Assembly: GCF_001194135.2 (NCBI RefSeq)
Contig: NC_068985.1
Location: forward strand, 54,909,458 to 54,973,457
From: Octopus bimaculoides
Taxonomy: Eukaryota
Length of the DNA stretch: 64,000 bases
Reading direction: 5' to 3'
Part shown: positions 41,564 to 54,357 of the stretch, one piece after another
How positions within the stretch are numbered: position 1 is the first letter of the stretch
How the letters are laid out: every line of letters starts with the position of its first letter
Position numbers and translations under genes: made by a program
Notes under the pieces: model-generated
What the model saw: only the letters and a program-made list of their open reading frames with translations
Told to the model about the DNA's origin: nothing
Databases searched by the model: none

Positions 41564-41765
41564 TTAGCAGATAGTACCTTTCTTAATTTTGAGAGTATCA
41601 AGATACCATTGTTTATCTGGTAGTACCTTTCTTAGCTTTGAGTGTATCTAGAAATCCTTGTTTAGCTAGCAGTGATACCTTATGTTTTTTTCTCGATATA
41701 CTAGTTATTAGTTTTCAGTGTATCTACATATGATAGTTTAACTGGTAATAGTACCTTTCTTACAT
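41564..41765. repeat. Diverged ~49-bp tandem repeat next to the inverted-duplication breakpoint
   Basis: tagtacctttctta..tttgag.gtatc.aga.a.c.ttgttta recurs 3-4 times. Confidence 0.65.
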
Positions 41766-43600
41766 TTTCTTATCAGTAAGCCAGTTATTATTATTGTAAA
41801 ACAACACAATAGCCAAATACAAACCCAGTACAGAAGTAGTCCTTAATGTTTTATATTTAATGGAATGTTAAATTAAATATCACAACGCCAGCATTTCATT
41901 TTAATAATGATTTTCCTGTTTGGGCAGCTGTTTGGTTTTGATATATGATCTAAATGGCCCTTCCTCAGCGAAATATTGTTAGTTGTTATTTCAGTCAAAG
42001 CTGAGGTAGTTGTGAGACGTTATTTGGAAGTTGTCAAAAATAAGCCCCAACTGTTGCTACCTCTGCTGAATAAAACTGAAGTTGACTGTTGATAGAGAGT
42101 TCGTAATGTTATTCCACCAATCATAAATTTGGGACAAACATCTCTATCATTTCTAATTTCTTCCTTTTCATTAAAATAGTTAATAGTTAGTCTGATACCC
42201 CTCCTCTCTCTCTCTCTATATATATATATATGTACGTATGTATATGTATATATATATATATACGCACACACATACACTATACATTATCATAAGTAGATAT
42301 AAATACATATATATGTGCATATACATACACACACATATCTATATACATACATACACACACATACATATATACATGCAAACATACATACACACACATCTAT
42401 ATACATACATATACAATTATATAGATACATATACATCTATATACATACATACACATCTATATACATACATACATGCACATATAAACTGTTTGTGAGTTTC
42501 ATGTGTCTGTTTGTCAGACAGTTGTGATCAAGACTGGAATAAAATTGTGATGGTACATGTAATATATGATTTAATATAATCCAATTTGATGAATAGGGAT
42601 TGCAGTCTTGCTCACAACTGTCCTATGAATGGAAACATGAAAATCTGAGTAACAGTTTTGTGATGTTTTTGTACCTTTAATAAAAAATGCATATTACTCT
42701 ACTTTTGGTATCCGAGTACTATTTTTTACCACCTTGTTTTGCATTTATGTGCTTACTTATATGTATACATACATACATGCATACAGATATACATACATAT
42801 CATGGACTCTCCAGTCATACAATGATGTATGAGGGTTGGCAACCACACAGATGATTTGTTTATAGTGATCAAATGTCTGTGTTCGCATAAGCTCACTCCC
42901 TCCATCAAATTGACATTACCTGTACAGGTGCACAATGTCAGATGACAAAATGATCGCAGAGCAATGTGAAATGAAGTGCTTTGCTCAAGAACACAATGCA
43001 ATGCCAGGTCTGGGAATCAAACCCACGATCTTGCAATCATGAATGCAACACTCTAACCACTAAGCCATGCACCTTCATACATATATACATACATACACAC
43101 ATATATATATATATAATTAAAAAGTCAATAAAAGAAAATGGAGAAGAAAAAATATAAAAGATGCTTGGTTCATTTTATTGTTTTTTTAACAATCCCTTAT
43201 GGGGATATTGCTTCCTCAAATTCTGTGTGTGTGTATATATATATATANNNNNNNNNNNNNNNNNNNNNNNNNNNNNNNNNNNNNNNNNNNNNNNNNNNNN
43301 NNNNNNNNNNNNNNNNNNNNNNNNNNNNNNNNNNNNNNNNNNNNNNNNNNNNNNNNNNNNNNNNNNNNNNNNNNNNNNNNNNNNNNNNNNNNNNNNNNNN
43401 NNNNNNNNNNNNNNNNNNNNNNNNNNNNNNNNNNNNNNNNNNNNNNNNNNNNNNNNNNNNNNNNNNNNNNNNNNNNNNNNNNNNNNNNNNNNNNNNNNNN
43501 NNNNNNNNNNNNNNNNNNNNNNNNNNNNNNAATTGCTTATTATTATTATCAAGGCAGCAAGTTGGTAGAAACTGTTACTGCATCAGGAAAATGCTTTGTG

Positions 43601-44040
43601 ACATTTCTTCTGGCTATTTATGTTCCAAGTTCAAAAACTGCCAAAGACAACTTCGCCTTTCATTCTTCCGGGGTTGATAAAAATAAGTACCAGCTGAGCA
43701 CTGGGATTGACATTATTGCCTTACCTCAAAATTTAAAAGCAGTATTATTATTACTATTATTATTATTATTATTATTATTATTAGTTATTTAGAAAGTAAC
43801 ATAAGTCAGAAGTAGGAGAGTACTAGGCAAAATTATCTAATGGTTTAGTTGTTGCATCTCTCTACATTAGGTTCATCAATTATTAAAATATGTACCATTG
43901 AAGGGCTTAATGAAATCAAGCCCTATCTCACTCCTTGAGGTACCAACATTTTCATTACACCCCTGCAGTCAGGTCACTGATATAATTCCACCAGATCTGT
44001 TATGTAGTAGTTACTTGTAAGTTTTTATAAGTCTTGAGGA
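43601..44040. repeat. Right arm of the inverted duplication, overlapping a SINE family B copy at about 43545-43782 (+)
   Basis: acatttcttctggctatttatg...gtttttataagtcttgagga is the reverse complement of tcctcaagacttataaaaac...cataaatagccagaagaaatgt. Confidence 0.95.
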
Positions 44041-44469
44041 AACATCAAATTTCAACATGGACCAGTTTTAGTTATTTTAAGTTCAATAAATCTATACATT
44101 TGTACATTACTGAGATATTTTTTCTTTTTCAACTCTAGAGGAATTAGTTACACTGAAAGAGCCCCTTAAACAATGACTTGACCTGCTAGAAATAGCAGTT
44201 AGATCTCCCACAGGACGCTGTCTGATTATTTAGTTCTAGTTATATTTAAATCTGAAAATAAGATGTGATGTGCCTAGGTGAAATTCTTTGAGATCATAGA
44301 TCTACTAGATAAGCATTAATCTGGAGGCTAAACAAGAATGTAAAGAAAATTCGTACCATAAGATATTGAACTCAGTTCTTCTTCTCTGTAGTCTGTATTA
44401 TCAATACTGGTCTGAGTAATGTTTTCTTTACAAGAGTGTTATGGAAGTATATATATATATATATTATAT

Positions 44470-45150
44470 CATCATCATCATCATCATCATCGTTTAACGT
44501 CTGCTTTCCATGCTAGCATGGGTTGGACGACTTGACTGAGGACTGGTGAAACCGGATGGCAACACCAGGCTCCAATCTAAATTTGGCAGAGTTTCTACAG
44601 CTGGATGCCCTTCCTAACGCCAACCACTCAGAGAGTGTAGTAGGTGCTTTTACGTGTCACCTGCATGAAGGCCAGTCAGGCGATACTGGCAACGGCCACG
44701 CTTGAAATGGTGTCTTTTATGTGCCNNNNNNNNNNNNNNNNNNNNNNNNNNNNNNNNNNNNNNNNNNNNNNNNNNNNNNNNNNNNNNNNNNNNNNNNNNN
44801 NNNNNNNNNNNNNNNNNNNNNNNNNNNNNNNNNNNNNNNNGCCTCGGTGAGGCCCAATGTACGAAGGTCTTGCCTCACCACCTCAGCCCAGGTCTTCCTG
44901 GGCCTACCTCTTCCACGGGTTCCCTCAACTGTTAGGGTGTGGCACTTTTTCACGCAGCTATCCTCATCCATTCTCACCACATGTCCATACCAGCGCAATC
45001 GTCTCTCTTGCACACCACAACTGATGCTTCTAATGTTCAGCTTTTCTCTCAAGATACTTACACTCTGACGGGTATTCACATTGACATTACACATCCAACG
45101 GAGCATAATGGCTTCATTCCTTGCGAGCTTACGTATGTCCTCAGCAGTTA
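44470..45150 (-). mobile_element. RTE-clade LINE 3' end, same family, split by a gap
   Basis: ORF 44717-45172 MLRWMCNVNV..RLRWYGHVVRMDEDSCVKKCHTLTVEGTRGRGRPRKTWAEVVRQDLRTLGL. The 3'UTR and (GAT)n tail lie at 44470-44725. Confidence 0.9.
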
Positions 45151-46003
45151 CAGCCCACACACACACATACATTTATATTTAACGGGCTTCTTTCAGTTTT
45201 CCTCTAACAAATCCATTCAGAAGATTGTGGACAGCCTGGGGCTACAGTAGAAAACACTTGCGCAAGGTGCCATGCAGTGGGACTGAACTATGTGGTTGGG
45301 AAGCAAATTTCTTAGCCACCAACAAAAATATAATTAACAAAAAAAAAAAAACTAATTAAAACAAAAATATCTAATTAGAAACATCAACTAAATAATAAAC
45401 AAACAAAAATTTAATGAATGAAAGAGGAAATTATAAATATGGATGTATATATTTATATATATATATGGATGTATATATTTATATATATATATGGATGTAT
45501 ATATTTATATATATATATATCTTATGCCAAACTGCTAAGTTATGGGGTCATAAACACATCAACATCAGTTCCTAAGCGATGGTGGTGGGGAACAAACATA
45601 GACACAAATACACATACTTGCCGAAGGTGTCACACAGTGGGACTGAACCTGGAACCATGTGATTAGGAAGCAAGCTAATCTCACAGCCACACCCACGCTA
45701 ATATATATATATTTAAATTTAATAAATGGAGTAATATGCATATGTTAAATGAATTCTTGTATTTCCAACATATGTTTCGAAGATTACATATGGTTCCTTC
45801 CAAAGGAATAGGTGATGTATGTGTATGTGTGTGTATGTATGTGTGCATGTTTGTGTATGTATATATATGTGTACACATATATATGTATATATATATATGA
45901 ACTTGTGTGTGTATATATATATATGAACTTGTGTGTGTATATATATATATATACACATATATATACATATACATATACCCACATATATATATATATATAT
46001 ATA

Positions 46004-46725
46004 NNNNNNNNNNNNNNNNNNNNNNNNNNNNNNNNNNNNNNNNNNNNNNNNNNNNNNNNNNNNNNNNNNNNNNNNNNNNNNNNNNNNNNNNNNNNNNNNN
46101 NNNNNNNNNNNNNNNNNNNNNNNNNNNNNNNNNNNNNNNNNNNNNNNNNNNNNNNNNNNNNNNNNNNNNNNNNNNNNNNNNNNNNNNNNNNNNNNNNNNN
46201 NNNNNNNNNNNNNNNNNNNNNNNNNNNNNNNNNNNNNNNNNNNNNNNNNNNNNNNNNNNNNNNNNNNNNNNNNNNNNNNNNNNNNNNNNNNNNNNNNNNN
46301 NNNNNNNNNNNNNNNNNNNNNNNNNNNNNNNNNNNNNNNNNNNNNNNNNNNNNNNNNNNNNNNNNNNNNNNNNNNNNNNNNNNNNNNNNNNNNNNNNNNN
46401 NNNNNNNNNNNNNNNNNNNNNNNNNNNNNNNNNNNNNNNNNNNNNNNNNNNNNNNNNNNNNNNNNNNNNNNNNNNNNNNNNNNNNNNNNNNNNNNNNNNN
46501 NNNNNNNNNNNNNNNNNNNNNNNNNNNNNNNNNNNNNNNNNNNNNNNNNNNNNNNNNNNNNNNNNNNNNNNNNNNNNNNNNNNNNNNNNNNNNNNNNNNN
46601 NNNNNNNNNNNNNNNNNNNNNNNNNNNNNNNNNNNNNNNNNNNNNNNNNNNNNNNNNNNNNNNNNNNNNNNNNNNNNNNNNNNNNNNNNNNNNNNNNNNN
46701 NNNNNNNNNNNNNNNNNNNNNNNNN
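46004..46725. other. Assembly gap (largest of 11)
   Basis: N runs at 7529-7968, 9534-9637, 12414-12423, 22451-23083, 34746-34755, 38369-38410, 43248-43530, 44726-44840, 46004-46725, 56530-56539 and 60568-60665; most abut (TA)n or homopolymer tracts. Confidence 0.99.
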
Positions 46726-46775
46726 ATACATACATACGTAAATACATCATGGTGAAAGTAATAGAAATGAAACTA

Positions 46776-46828
<53 letters not shown>

Positions 46829-46849
46829 AACACACACACATATACATAG

Positions 46850-47125
46850 TGAAAGTTCATAGTTTCAGTATTAAAACTGAAAGTATTATCTCACATTACA
46901 ATAGAGATGTTATTGTTTCACTTTTGATACATAAAACTGAAATAGTGCAAGAGATAAGAGATTGCTCCAGGCTCGCATTAGGCAAGAAGTTGAAAATTTT
47001 TTCAGTCCATGACACTGCATCGACTCTAAGTAAGGCATGTGTAAAATTTCAATGAAATTGGTTGGGTAGTTCTCGAGTTTTAGTGATGCACACATACAGA
47101 CATACTCAGTTTTATATATATAGAT
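46850..47125 (+). mobile_element. Possible Helentron-associated (HINE/DINE-1-like) non-autonomous element
   Basis: 3' part aaatttcaatgaaattggttgggtagttctcgagttt..catacagacatac..ttttatatatatag resembles DINE-1-like layouts as I recall them. Confidence 0.4.
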
Positions 47126-48229
47126 TGCAAACAAATGATACAGCTTGTATCACAATTATGAGTGCTTACAATCAGAACACAACATCATGATAAGAAAAGG
47201 AAGGCATGAATACCCTCCTCAAATATATAGTTTGTTTTTTCAGTTTCCATTAACTGAACCTACTCACAAGATTTTGGTTGGTTCAGGGTTATAAAAGAAG
47301 ACAATTGCTTAGGGTGACCATGTAGTGGAACTGAACCTGAGACGACATGGTTGAGAAGCTTCTTAACCACACAGCCACGCCTGTAAAGCTGTCAAAACAG
47401 TGAGATTATAGGCTGCAGCAAACTAATAAAATCTAAGTTGATACCAACATTAGTACTAATAACATCACAACAAATAAAAGATATATAACAAGCCTATACA
47501 ATATCAAGACAACATTATATGTTTATAAATAGCTGGTGAAAACTGTTCAACCAAGACATTCGCAATTTGTTGCTGTTTTTCTATTCTGATGCTATACATA
47601 TTAAACAATGTATATAGACAGCAAAGACTGAACAGAAATTGTAGTTCCAGGAAATTAAACTTTTGGTACTTGGTTCAATATATGATTCAAAGATTTTAGA
47701 TATTTCTCTAAACCAGTAAAATAAGATTGACTTTGATTTGGATATGAAATGGTAAGAGAAAATTTTTTTTCTATCTTATATTTGTTTTTGATACTTTTCA
47801 TTTTAAAATGGTATAAAGTTTTAAGGGGAGACAGCAATAAAAAGAATAAAAATTAAACATAGGCTCTACATCTCCTCCCACTCAATTCTCTCCAGTGCCA
47901 TCTTTATAATTCTCCAACTCCCTCACCTCACTCTTTTCCTTTTCCTTCTATTAGTCCTTTCCCAAACACTGTCTCTGTTAGTCTCTCAACTAATACCTTC
48001 CCACAACAATGAACTTGTTACACCTATCATTCTTTTAACTAATGAACACCTTCCTTAAAGTAATCAGACCTGCTCCTGTTCTCTCTCTCTCTCTCTGTAT
48101 GAATATAAAAATCATTACAGAGTACACAAGGCAGCAAATTAACAAACTGTTAGAGCTCTGTGGCACCACCTTCAAGACTTTTATTCCAACAAATCAAACC
48201 CAGGACATTTTCCTCTTGAAATTTTTATG

Positions 48230-48520
48230 TGGCATGTAAAAAGCATCATCTGAGAGTGGTGACTACCAATGCCACCTGACTGGTTCTTGTGCCAGTGGCA
48301 CATAAAAAGCACCATTCGAGTGTGATCCATGCCAGTGCTGCCTGACTGGCCTCCATGCCGGTGTCACGTAAAAAGCATCCACTACACTCTCAGATTGGTT
48401 GGCATTAGGAAGGGCATCTAGCTGTAGAAACCTTGTCAGAACAGATTGGAGCCTGGTGCTGCCTTCTGACTTGCCAGTCCTCAGTCAAACCATCCAACCC
48501 ATGCCAGCATGGAAAGCGGA
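48230..48520 (+). mobile_element. Isolated 3'UTR of the RTE LINE (heavily 5'-truncated copy)
   Basis: Homologous to 7090-7350. Similar copies at 8000-8240(-), 17519-17677(-), 19797-19918(+), 34430-34645(+), 35843-36005(-), 40020-40400(-), 53720-54010(-) and 60730-60990(-). Confidence 0.82.
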
Positions 48521-49819
48521 CATCTTTGTCTCACTAATTCACAAAGTAGTGCTAACATTTAAAGGACTGTTTGCTAACCATGTTGAAGATAAATGAGCTG
48601 TTACAAATGTCTGATAGTTTTAATCCATTGTCCAGGTTAACACGACCGGGTCTTTGGGTGTCTTTAACAGAGTCCATTATTGTCCCCTTGGTTTTTGGGT
48701 ACCTTTAGTTGATTTCATTCTGTTACTAGAATCTGGACCAAGTCACCAGCAGGCAGGTGTGTTTTCAGGATAGTTTCTTTTAACTGCCCTCCCAATTCTT
48801 TTACTATTGCTTTTCCAATGTCTCCTTGCTATGGTTCAAAAAAAATTTTAAATGCCATGAAAAGTTGGTTGCTGACAGGACAAGTGGCATCAGATTACAA
48901 GCATGCAAGTCAATTTCATCAACATAGTACAGAATGTCGGAATGTTGAAATAACATTTTGATCTCTAACATTACAAGATGATTGGCACACAGAATAAATA
49001 TTTTTGAAAATCAAGGTAATCAGTTGAGCCCAGCCCATCACCCTTTTTGTCCCTAGTACTTGTATCAAATTGTTTAGACCCTCACCTAAGCCAAGGGACA
49101 GTACTCTATACCTGAGGGAAAAAGATGGGATGATTTGTGGGTTGAACACCTTTGATCGTATGTCTGCTCAGTCACAACTGACCTGGGGTTAAATGACAAC
49201 CACAACAACAACAACAGATGAGGTATGTGGAATGTTTTGGTCACAGACAGAAATTAAATCTTAGCCTGCCTGACCTGGCACCCCCACCCCAATCACCAAC
49301 ATAACGCGAAAGCAGAGATTTGCCATTAGAATGCTTCCTTTTAACAGTGACTGCTGTGAAAATATGCAAAACCAGTTTAGCATCATCACCAATAATATAC
49401 AGATTCCTACTTCTAAATAGATGTTAAAATACAGCCTTTCTCTCTTTTCTTCTCCCTTCCTTTACTCCTTCCACCCCCACACACACATAACACATGGTAC
49501 AAATAGAAGTTAGTCTGGTCATTAATAGAAAACCTAACATATTAGGAAACAAATTAGAAACAGTAACAGACATTTAGTAATGAATACTAAAACAAACTTG
49601 GTTAAGTAGGTGACAAAGATAGAGATTGTTGTATGGATGGATGTATGTGTGTGTGCATGCATGCATGCATGCATGTATGTATGTGTGTGTGTGTGTGTGT
49701 GCGTGCATATGTGCGTGTGTATATACATGTGTATATATTCATCTTCATGCATACATACATTTTCTTTCTGTTTGATAGTACGAAAAGGAAGTGTTGTGAA
49801 TGTGTCTATATATAAGTAC

Positions 49820-49884
<65 letters not shown>

Positions 49885-50224
49885 AGAGAGAGTGAAGAAG
49901 GGAAGTGGAACTAAGATAAAAAGTAGCTTTGATTTAAATGTGTGTTCATGCTGTAGGAATGAAGTCAGTTTGAAGGACAAATATTTCTTGATTCAGCTGA
50001 TATACCCCAATAAAAATTGAGGTTTTAAATCAGAGGTGTTTATTTGGCATTTTGGTAAAGACAGGAGGCAGCATCAAGGTCTGATTTAGAAATAGAAACT
50101 TTTTAGGTTCGGTCTACAAGTCATGGTATCATGAAAGAGTAAAGCTGTTTCAATGGTGTGTTATTTCAAAAGAATATATTACTATGGAAAACACACACTC
50201 CCCAACTACCACTATTCTACATGT

Positions 50225-50405
50225 ATCTATATAAGTGTATATATATACATGTATGTGTGTGTGTGTGTGTGCATGTGTATATATATGTGTGTGTGTGTGT
50301 GTGTGTATGTGTTTATATATGTATATTTATATATATATCTATATATATATGTGCGTGTGTGTGTGTATGTATATGTGTATATTTATATATATATATCTAT
50401 ATATA

Positions 50406-50454
<49 letters not shown>

Positions 50455-50640
50455 ATATGTATCTATATATGTATATATATATGTGTGTATATACACATAA
50501 ATGTATATCTATGTATATGTATACGTGTGTGTGTGTTTGTATGTTTATATATATATATATATATATATACATACATATATATATACACACACACACACAC
50601 ATACATACATACATACATACATACACATACATACATATAA
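50225..50640. repeat. Compound (TA)n/(TG)n/(CATA)n microsatellite
   Basis: Direct inspection. Similar tracts at 4958-5024, 11185-11385, 42220-42485, 45820-46003, 49630-49885 and 55735-55955. Confidence 0.95.
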
Positions 50641-50949
50641 AGTATATGCAGTGCAGGACTGATATCCCAAGCAGTCACCAGGTTTTGGAAAGGAAGCCAT
50701 CACACACTTACTGCCAGCAGTGTAGGTCCAGACTATGAGCTCCCAGTTTCACCTAAACCTGCACCTGTTATCCTTATCCAACCGCCATTGCACTTTACAA
50801 GTCTTGGTTTAAGTATGGAAAGAAGAAGCAGGTAAGTAAGGAAAGCAGTTAGAAACAGCAAATCCAAAATTGTAGAATGGAAGAAAGCTGATGACATCGG
50901 ATTGATTAAGGTGGAGACCCACACACTGAAATTTCAAGATCTTCCTCTG

Positions 50950-51170
50950 CAGTACATGAAGCAAGCGACAGGCAGAATCTGGAGATGAGACTGTAAGGGA
51001 CTGTTGCAGATTCTAAGTTAAGGTTGATGTGTGCCTTCATAGACATGCATCTGGCATTTCCCTCATCTGCTGGCATAAACTGTTGAGAACATCTAGCCAT
51101 AATAATATGAGATGTTCTCCTCCATCAACCAGTACTGCATGGATGACAGTAATGCTTGCTTACAATTATC
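50950..51170 (-). mobile_element. Possible CR1/L2 LINE 3' remnant
   Basis: YYYG/RCSQQF segment across a frameshift resembles the post-RT region of CR1/L2. A similar weak remnant (ILNHIQKRAAQLI) lies at 52330-52480. Confidence 0.35.
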
Positions 51171-53517
51171 TTGTGATGCCAAGACAAGTAGATTCACACA
51201 TGTACACACACTGGGCTTCTTTTTGAAGCTTTGGTTAACCCAGGACAAAAGACATTTGCTCAAGGTGTTGCATACTAAGATTGAATTCAAAAGCCCAAGG
51301 CTGAGAAGCTATCTTGTTAACTACACATACACACACACACCATTTTCCTGTTCTCTGGCTCAGTTTCTATGACTAATATAGTTGTTTGTGTTACTTATCT
51401 CTGGTCAACCCTGATCCAGCAGACCTATGATCAAAGGTACTCTGGCCATGATCATGTTGCTGTTGTTTAACCCCAGGTCAGTCTTGTTGAAGGTGGTGTT
51501 CCAGCATGGTCACACAGTCAGATGAATAACAACCCATAGAAGAATTAAAGATGTTTGTTTGCTTGAAAGCTATAACTATGTGTTACTTGGAGCTGTTGTT
51601 GTGGTGATGTAGTATGGCTGTTGTTGCTAATTAATGTTAATTTTGTGGATTATGATGGGTATTAACAGAGAAAAGGAAAATGTGAAAAAGAACAACAGTT
51701 CTGCCAAAAAAAAAATAATAACAAGGCTAACAAACTCAGTAACAAGCTTCAAGTAAGTAAGAGGATTGATCTGTTTGATTAAAGCACTTCGAGGCAGTGC
51801 ACCAGCACAACCACAGTGCAATAACTGAAACAAGTAATAAAGAAATAAAAGTTATTCTTGCATATCTTTCAAAATATTCTTAAGGGTTGTTGGCAATCCT
51901 TAACTCACTGCATAACAAAATTCACCTTTATCTTGGTTGGGTCTGTTAAACTCTTAACATCCTGTTGAAGATATTTCTAAGTTAAATGCCCAGTCCTGAA
52001 AAGATCCTGTTACAGAACAGAAATGAATGATACAAAGATTAGAGTTTTCTACCTTATATCAGAAGGTTCCTCACATCTTCAATATGTTTACAGGATGTGG
52101 CAGAAATAAAAACCCTCCCATATTTCACACAGCTGTTGGATGTGATGCTAGTGAAGTTGAGCAGATGGTGATGGTGTCTTCATGTAGCATGTTGTATGTT
52201 TTTTCTTCTCCTTTTTTTTTTTCAGTTACCATCATTATTTTAAACTGGTACATGCCATGCAATTGCCTTTGAAACATGTATCAAGACTGATGAATCTAAG
52301 GGGTTCTTTTTTTTTGCTACATCCTATATGAACAAAGTTAGTATTAGGACTGGTTGATAAATACTGTCCTCTGTGATATTTTCTGTACTAGATGTGCCTA
52401 TGAGTGGCTTTATGTCAATCAGTTGAGCGGCCCTTTTCTGTATATGGTTCAAAATATCTGCATGAATATCAGTAGGATCAGGAACAATACATCGTTGTTT
52501 GCAAGTTATTGAGGTATTACAAAATAACATTATATACCCCCTACACTACAACACAGATGATCTAAGTTAAATTCCTGCAGAATGTAATCAACCAATCGAA
52601 TATATATCTTTTCTTTTATTGAACTCCAGATTTCCAGTTTACCTTTAATTAGGAAATTTTATTTGTTGTAAAAAAGTAAAACAAGCATTCCTTGAAATGA
52701 AAGAGTAAAATCATTTAATTTGGGAAAAAATAAAAAGATCCTCTTAGCGATGTTTACCAGTCCTTTATAGAAGTAGGAATTGATTGTAAAGAACTCATTA
52801 ACTTTCTGCTAGGAACTATTTCATTTGAAGAATTGAAATAATTCCTTTCAAAGCTTAAGAACTGGTGCAAATTCTTTACCTCAAGATAACCATTTAATTT
52901 ATGGTGTGCACAAGAGGAGATTTTAAACATAAATAAAATCATTTGAAGTGAACAAGATATAATGAATTTAGCGGCATTTTGTCTGCTTCATTAAGTACAA
53001 CTTCTAGATATATAGGTGTGGTGTGTTTTCATTTTACACCTCTAGGGACTCATCTACAAAGGATAGAGTAATTGCTTATATTCTATATTGTTACAAACAC
53101 ATGCCATCTATAATTCAAGGTACAACTCTCTAGCTAGTAAATATTTATTCATTAGTAGTAGTTGTTTTAATTAACTGTTCTATTAGCAACAGATATTCTT
53201 CAAAACAGTAGAAAAAAACAAAGCTCAAATAATTATAAGTCCAGCATTAACCATGGATTCAACTAAGTTATACCCATGTGGCTACAGTTTATAAACTAGC
53301 TTTGTCTTGTTTCTTTATTCATTTGTTTTGTGTCTGTTTTTCCATGCTAGTACACATTAGACAAATACATTACTGAAGTGTTGTATTACAGCCAAATGCC
53401 CTTCTTGTCTCTAGGTCTTACTAGTTCTTTAAGTAAGAGATCTCTTATTTCCCATATCTGTGAAGATGCAAAATGGCAACAACAATACTGCTTATAACTT
53501 TAGTAAGACACGCATGC

Positions 53518-53560
<43 letters not shown>

Positions 53561-54357
53561 ACAGAAAGTTTTCTTTCAGTATCTATCAGCCAGATTCATT
53601 CACAAGAGCTATTGAAGAAGATACTTGCCCAATGTGCAACACAGTGGGACTGAACCCAAAACTACATGGTTGGGAAGCAAACTTCTTAATCCCATAGCTA
53701 TACTAATACCTATCATCATCATCATCATTTATCATCCATTGTCCTTGCTGGCATGGGTTGGACGGTTTGACCAGGGCTGGAAGCTGGAAGGCTGCACCAG
53801 ACTCCAGTCTGATTTGGCATGGTTTTCTACAGCTGGATGCCCTTCCTAACACCAACCACTCTGAGAGTGTAATGGGTGCTTTTACGTGCCGCTGGCATGG
53901 GTGCCATTTGCGTGACACCAGTATCTGCCACAACTGTGATTTTGCACAGCTTGATGGGTCTTCTTCTCAAGCATGACATAATGCCAAAAGTCTTGGTCAT
54001 TGCTTCCATGAAGCCTTATATAATAGTTATAATTATATTTTCAACATTCATATTTTTATAATAATTATTGCATCTAACACTGACAATAACATACAAACAG
54101 TTATAATAATTTTTTCCCCATCAAAAACCATTTCTCTTTAAGTATATTGATAACTACACTAATTAACATAATTAGCAATATAGTTGTTATTATTTGCATG
54201 ACTCTGGCTTGATCTGATAAAATGCAGTTAAAAATGAGAAAAACCTGAATGTTTAGAGTTGACATACACACACAACACCACAGCAATTGATCAACCACTC
54301 AGTCAAAGATATATCTGTATTACCGAGATATTTCTTTTCAGTACACACACATATATA

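Noticed and set aside
45719-46862. Long ORFs of 280-372 aa (also 7459-8302, 22435-23136 and 43138-43792)
   Set aside because: They consist of N runs and dinucleotide repeats.
50153-50738. Cys/Val/Tyr/Ile- or His/Thr-rich ORFs
   Set aside because: These are translations of (TG)n/(TA)n microsatellites, not metal-binding proteins.
50906-50925. CGSPP at the end of a minus-strand ORF as the SIK3 activation-loop exon
   Set aside because: It lies upstream rather than downstream of the catalytic exon, lacks DFG/TW and YAAPE, and is followed by a stop.
52754-52942. Possible alternative SIK3 exon (ends near TG|GTAAAC)
   Set aside because: No recognisable homology and no clear acceptor; it cannot be supported.
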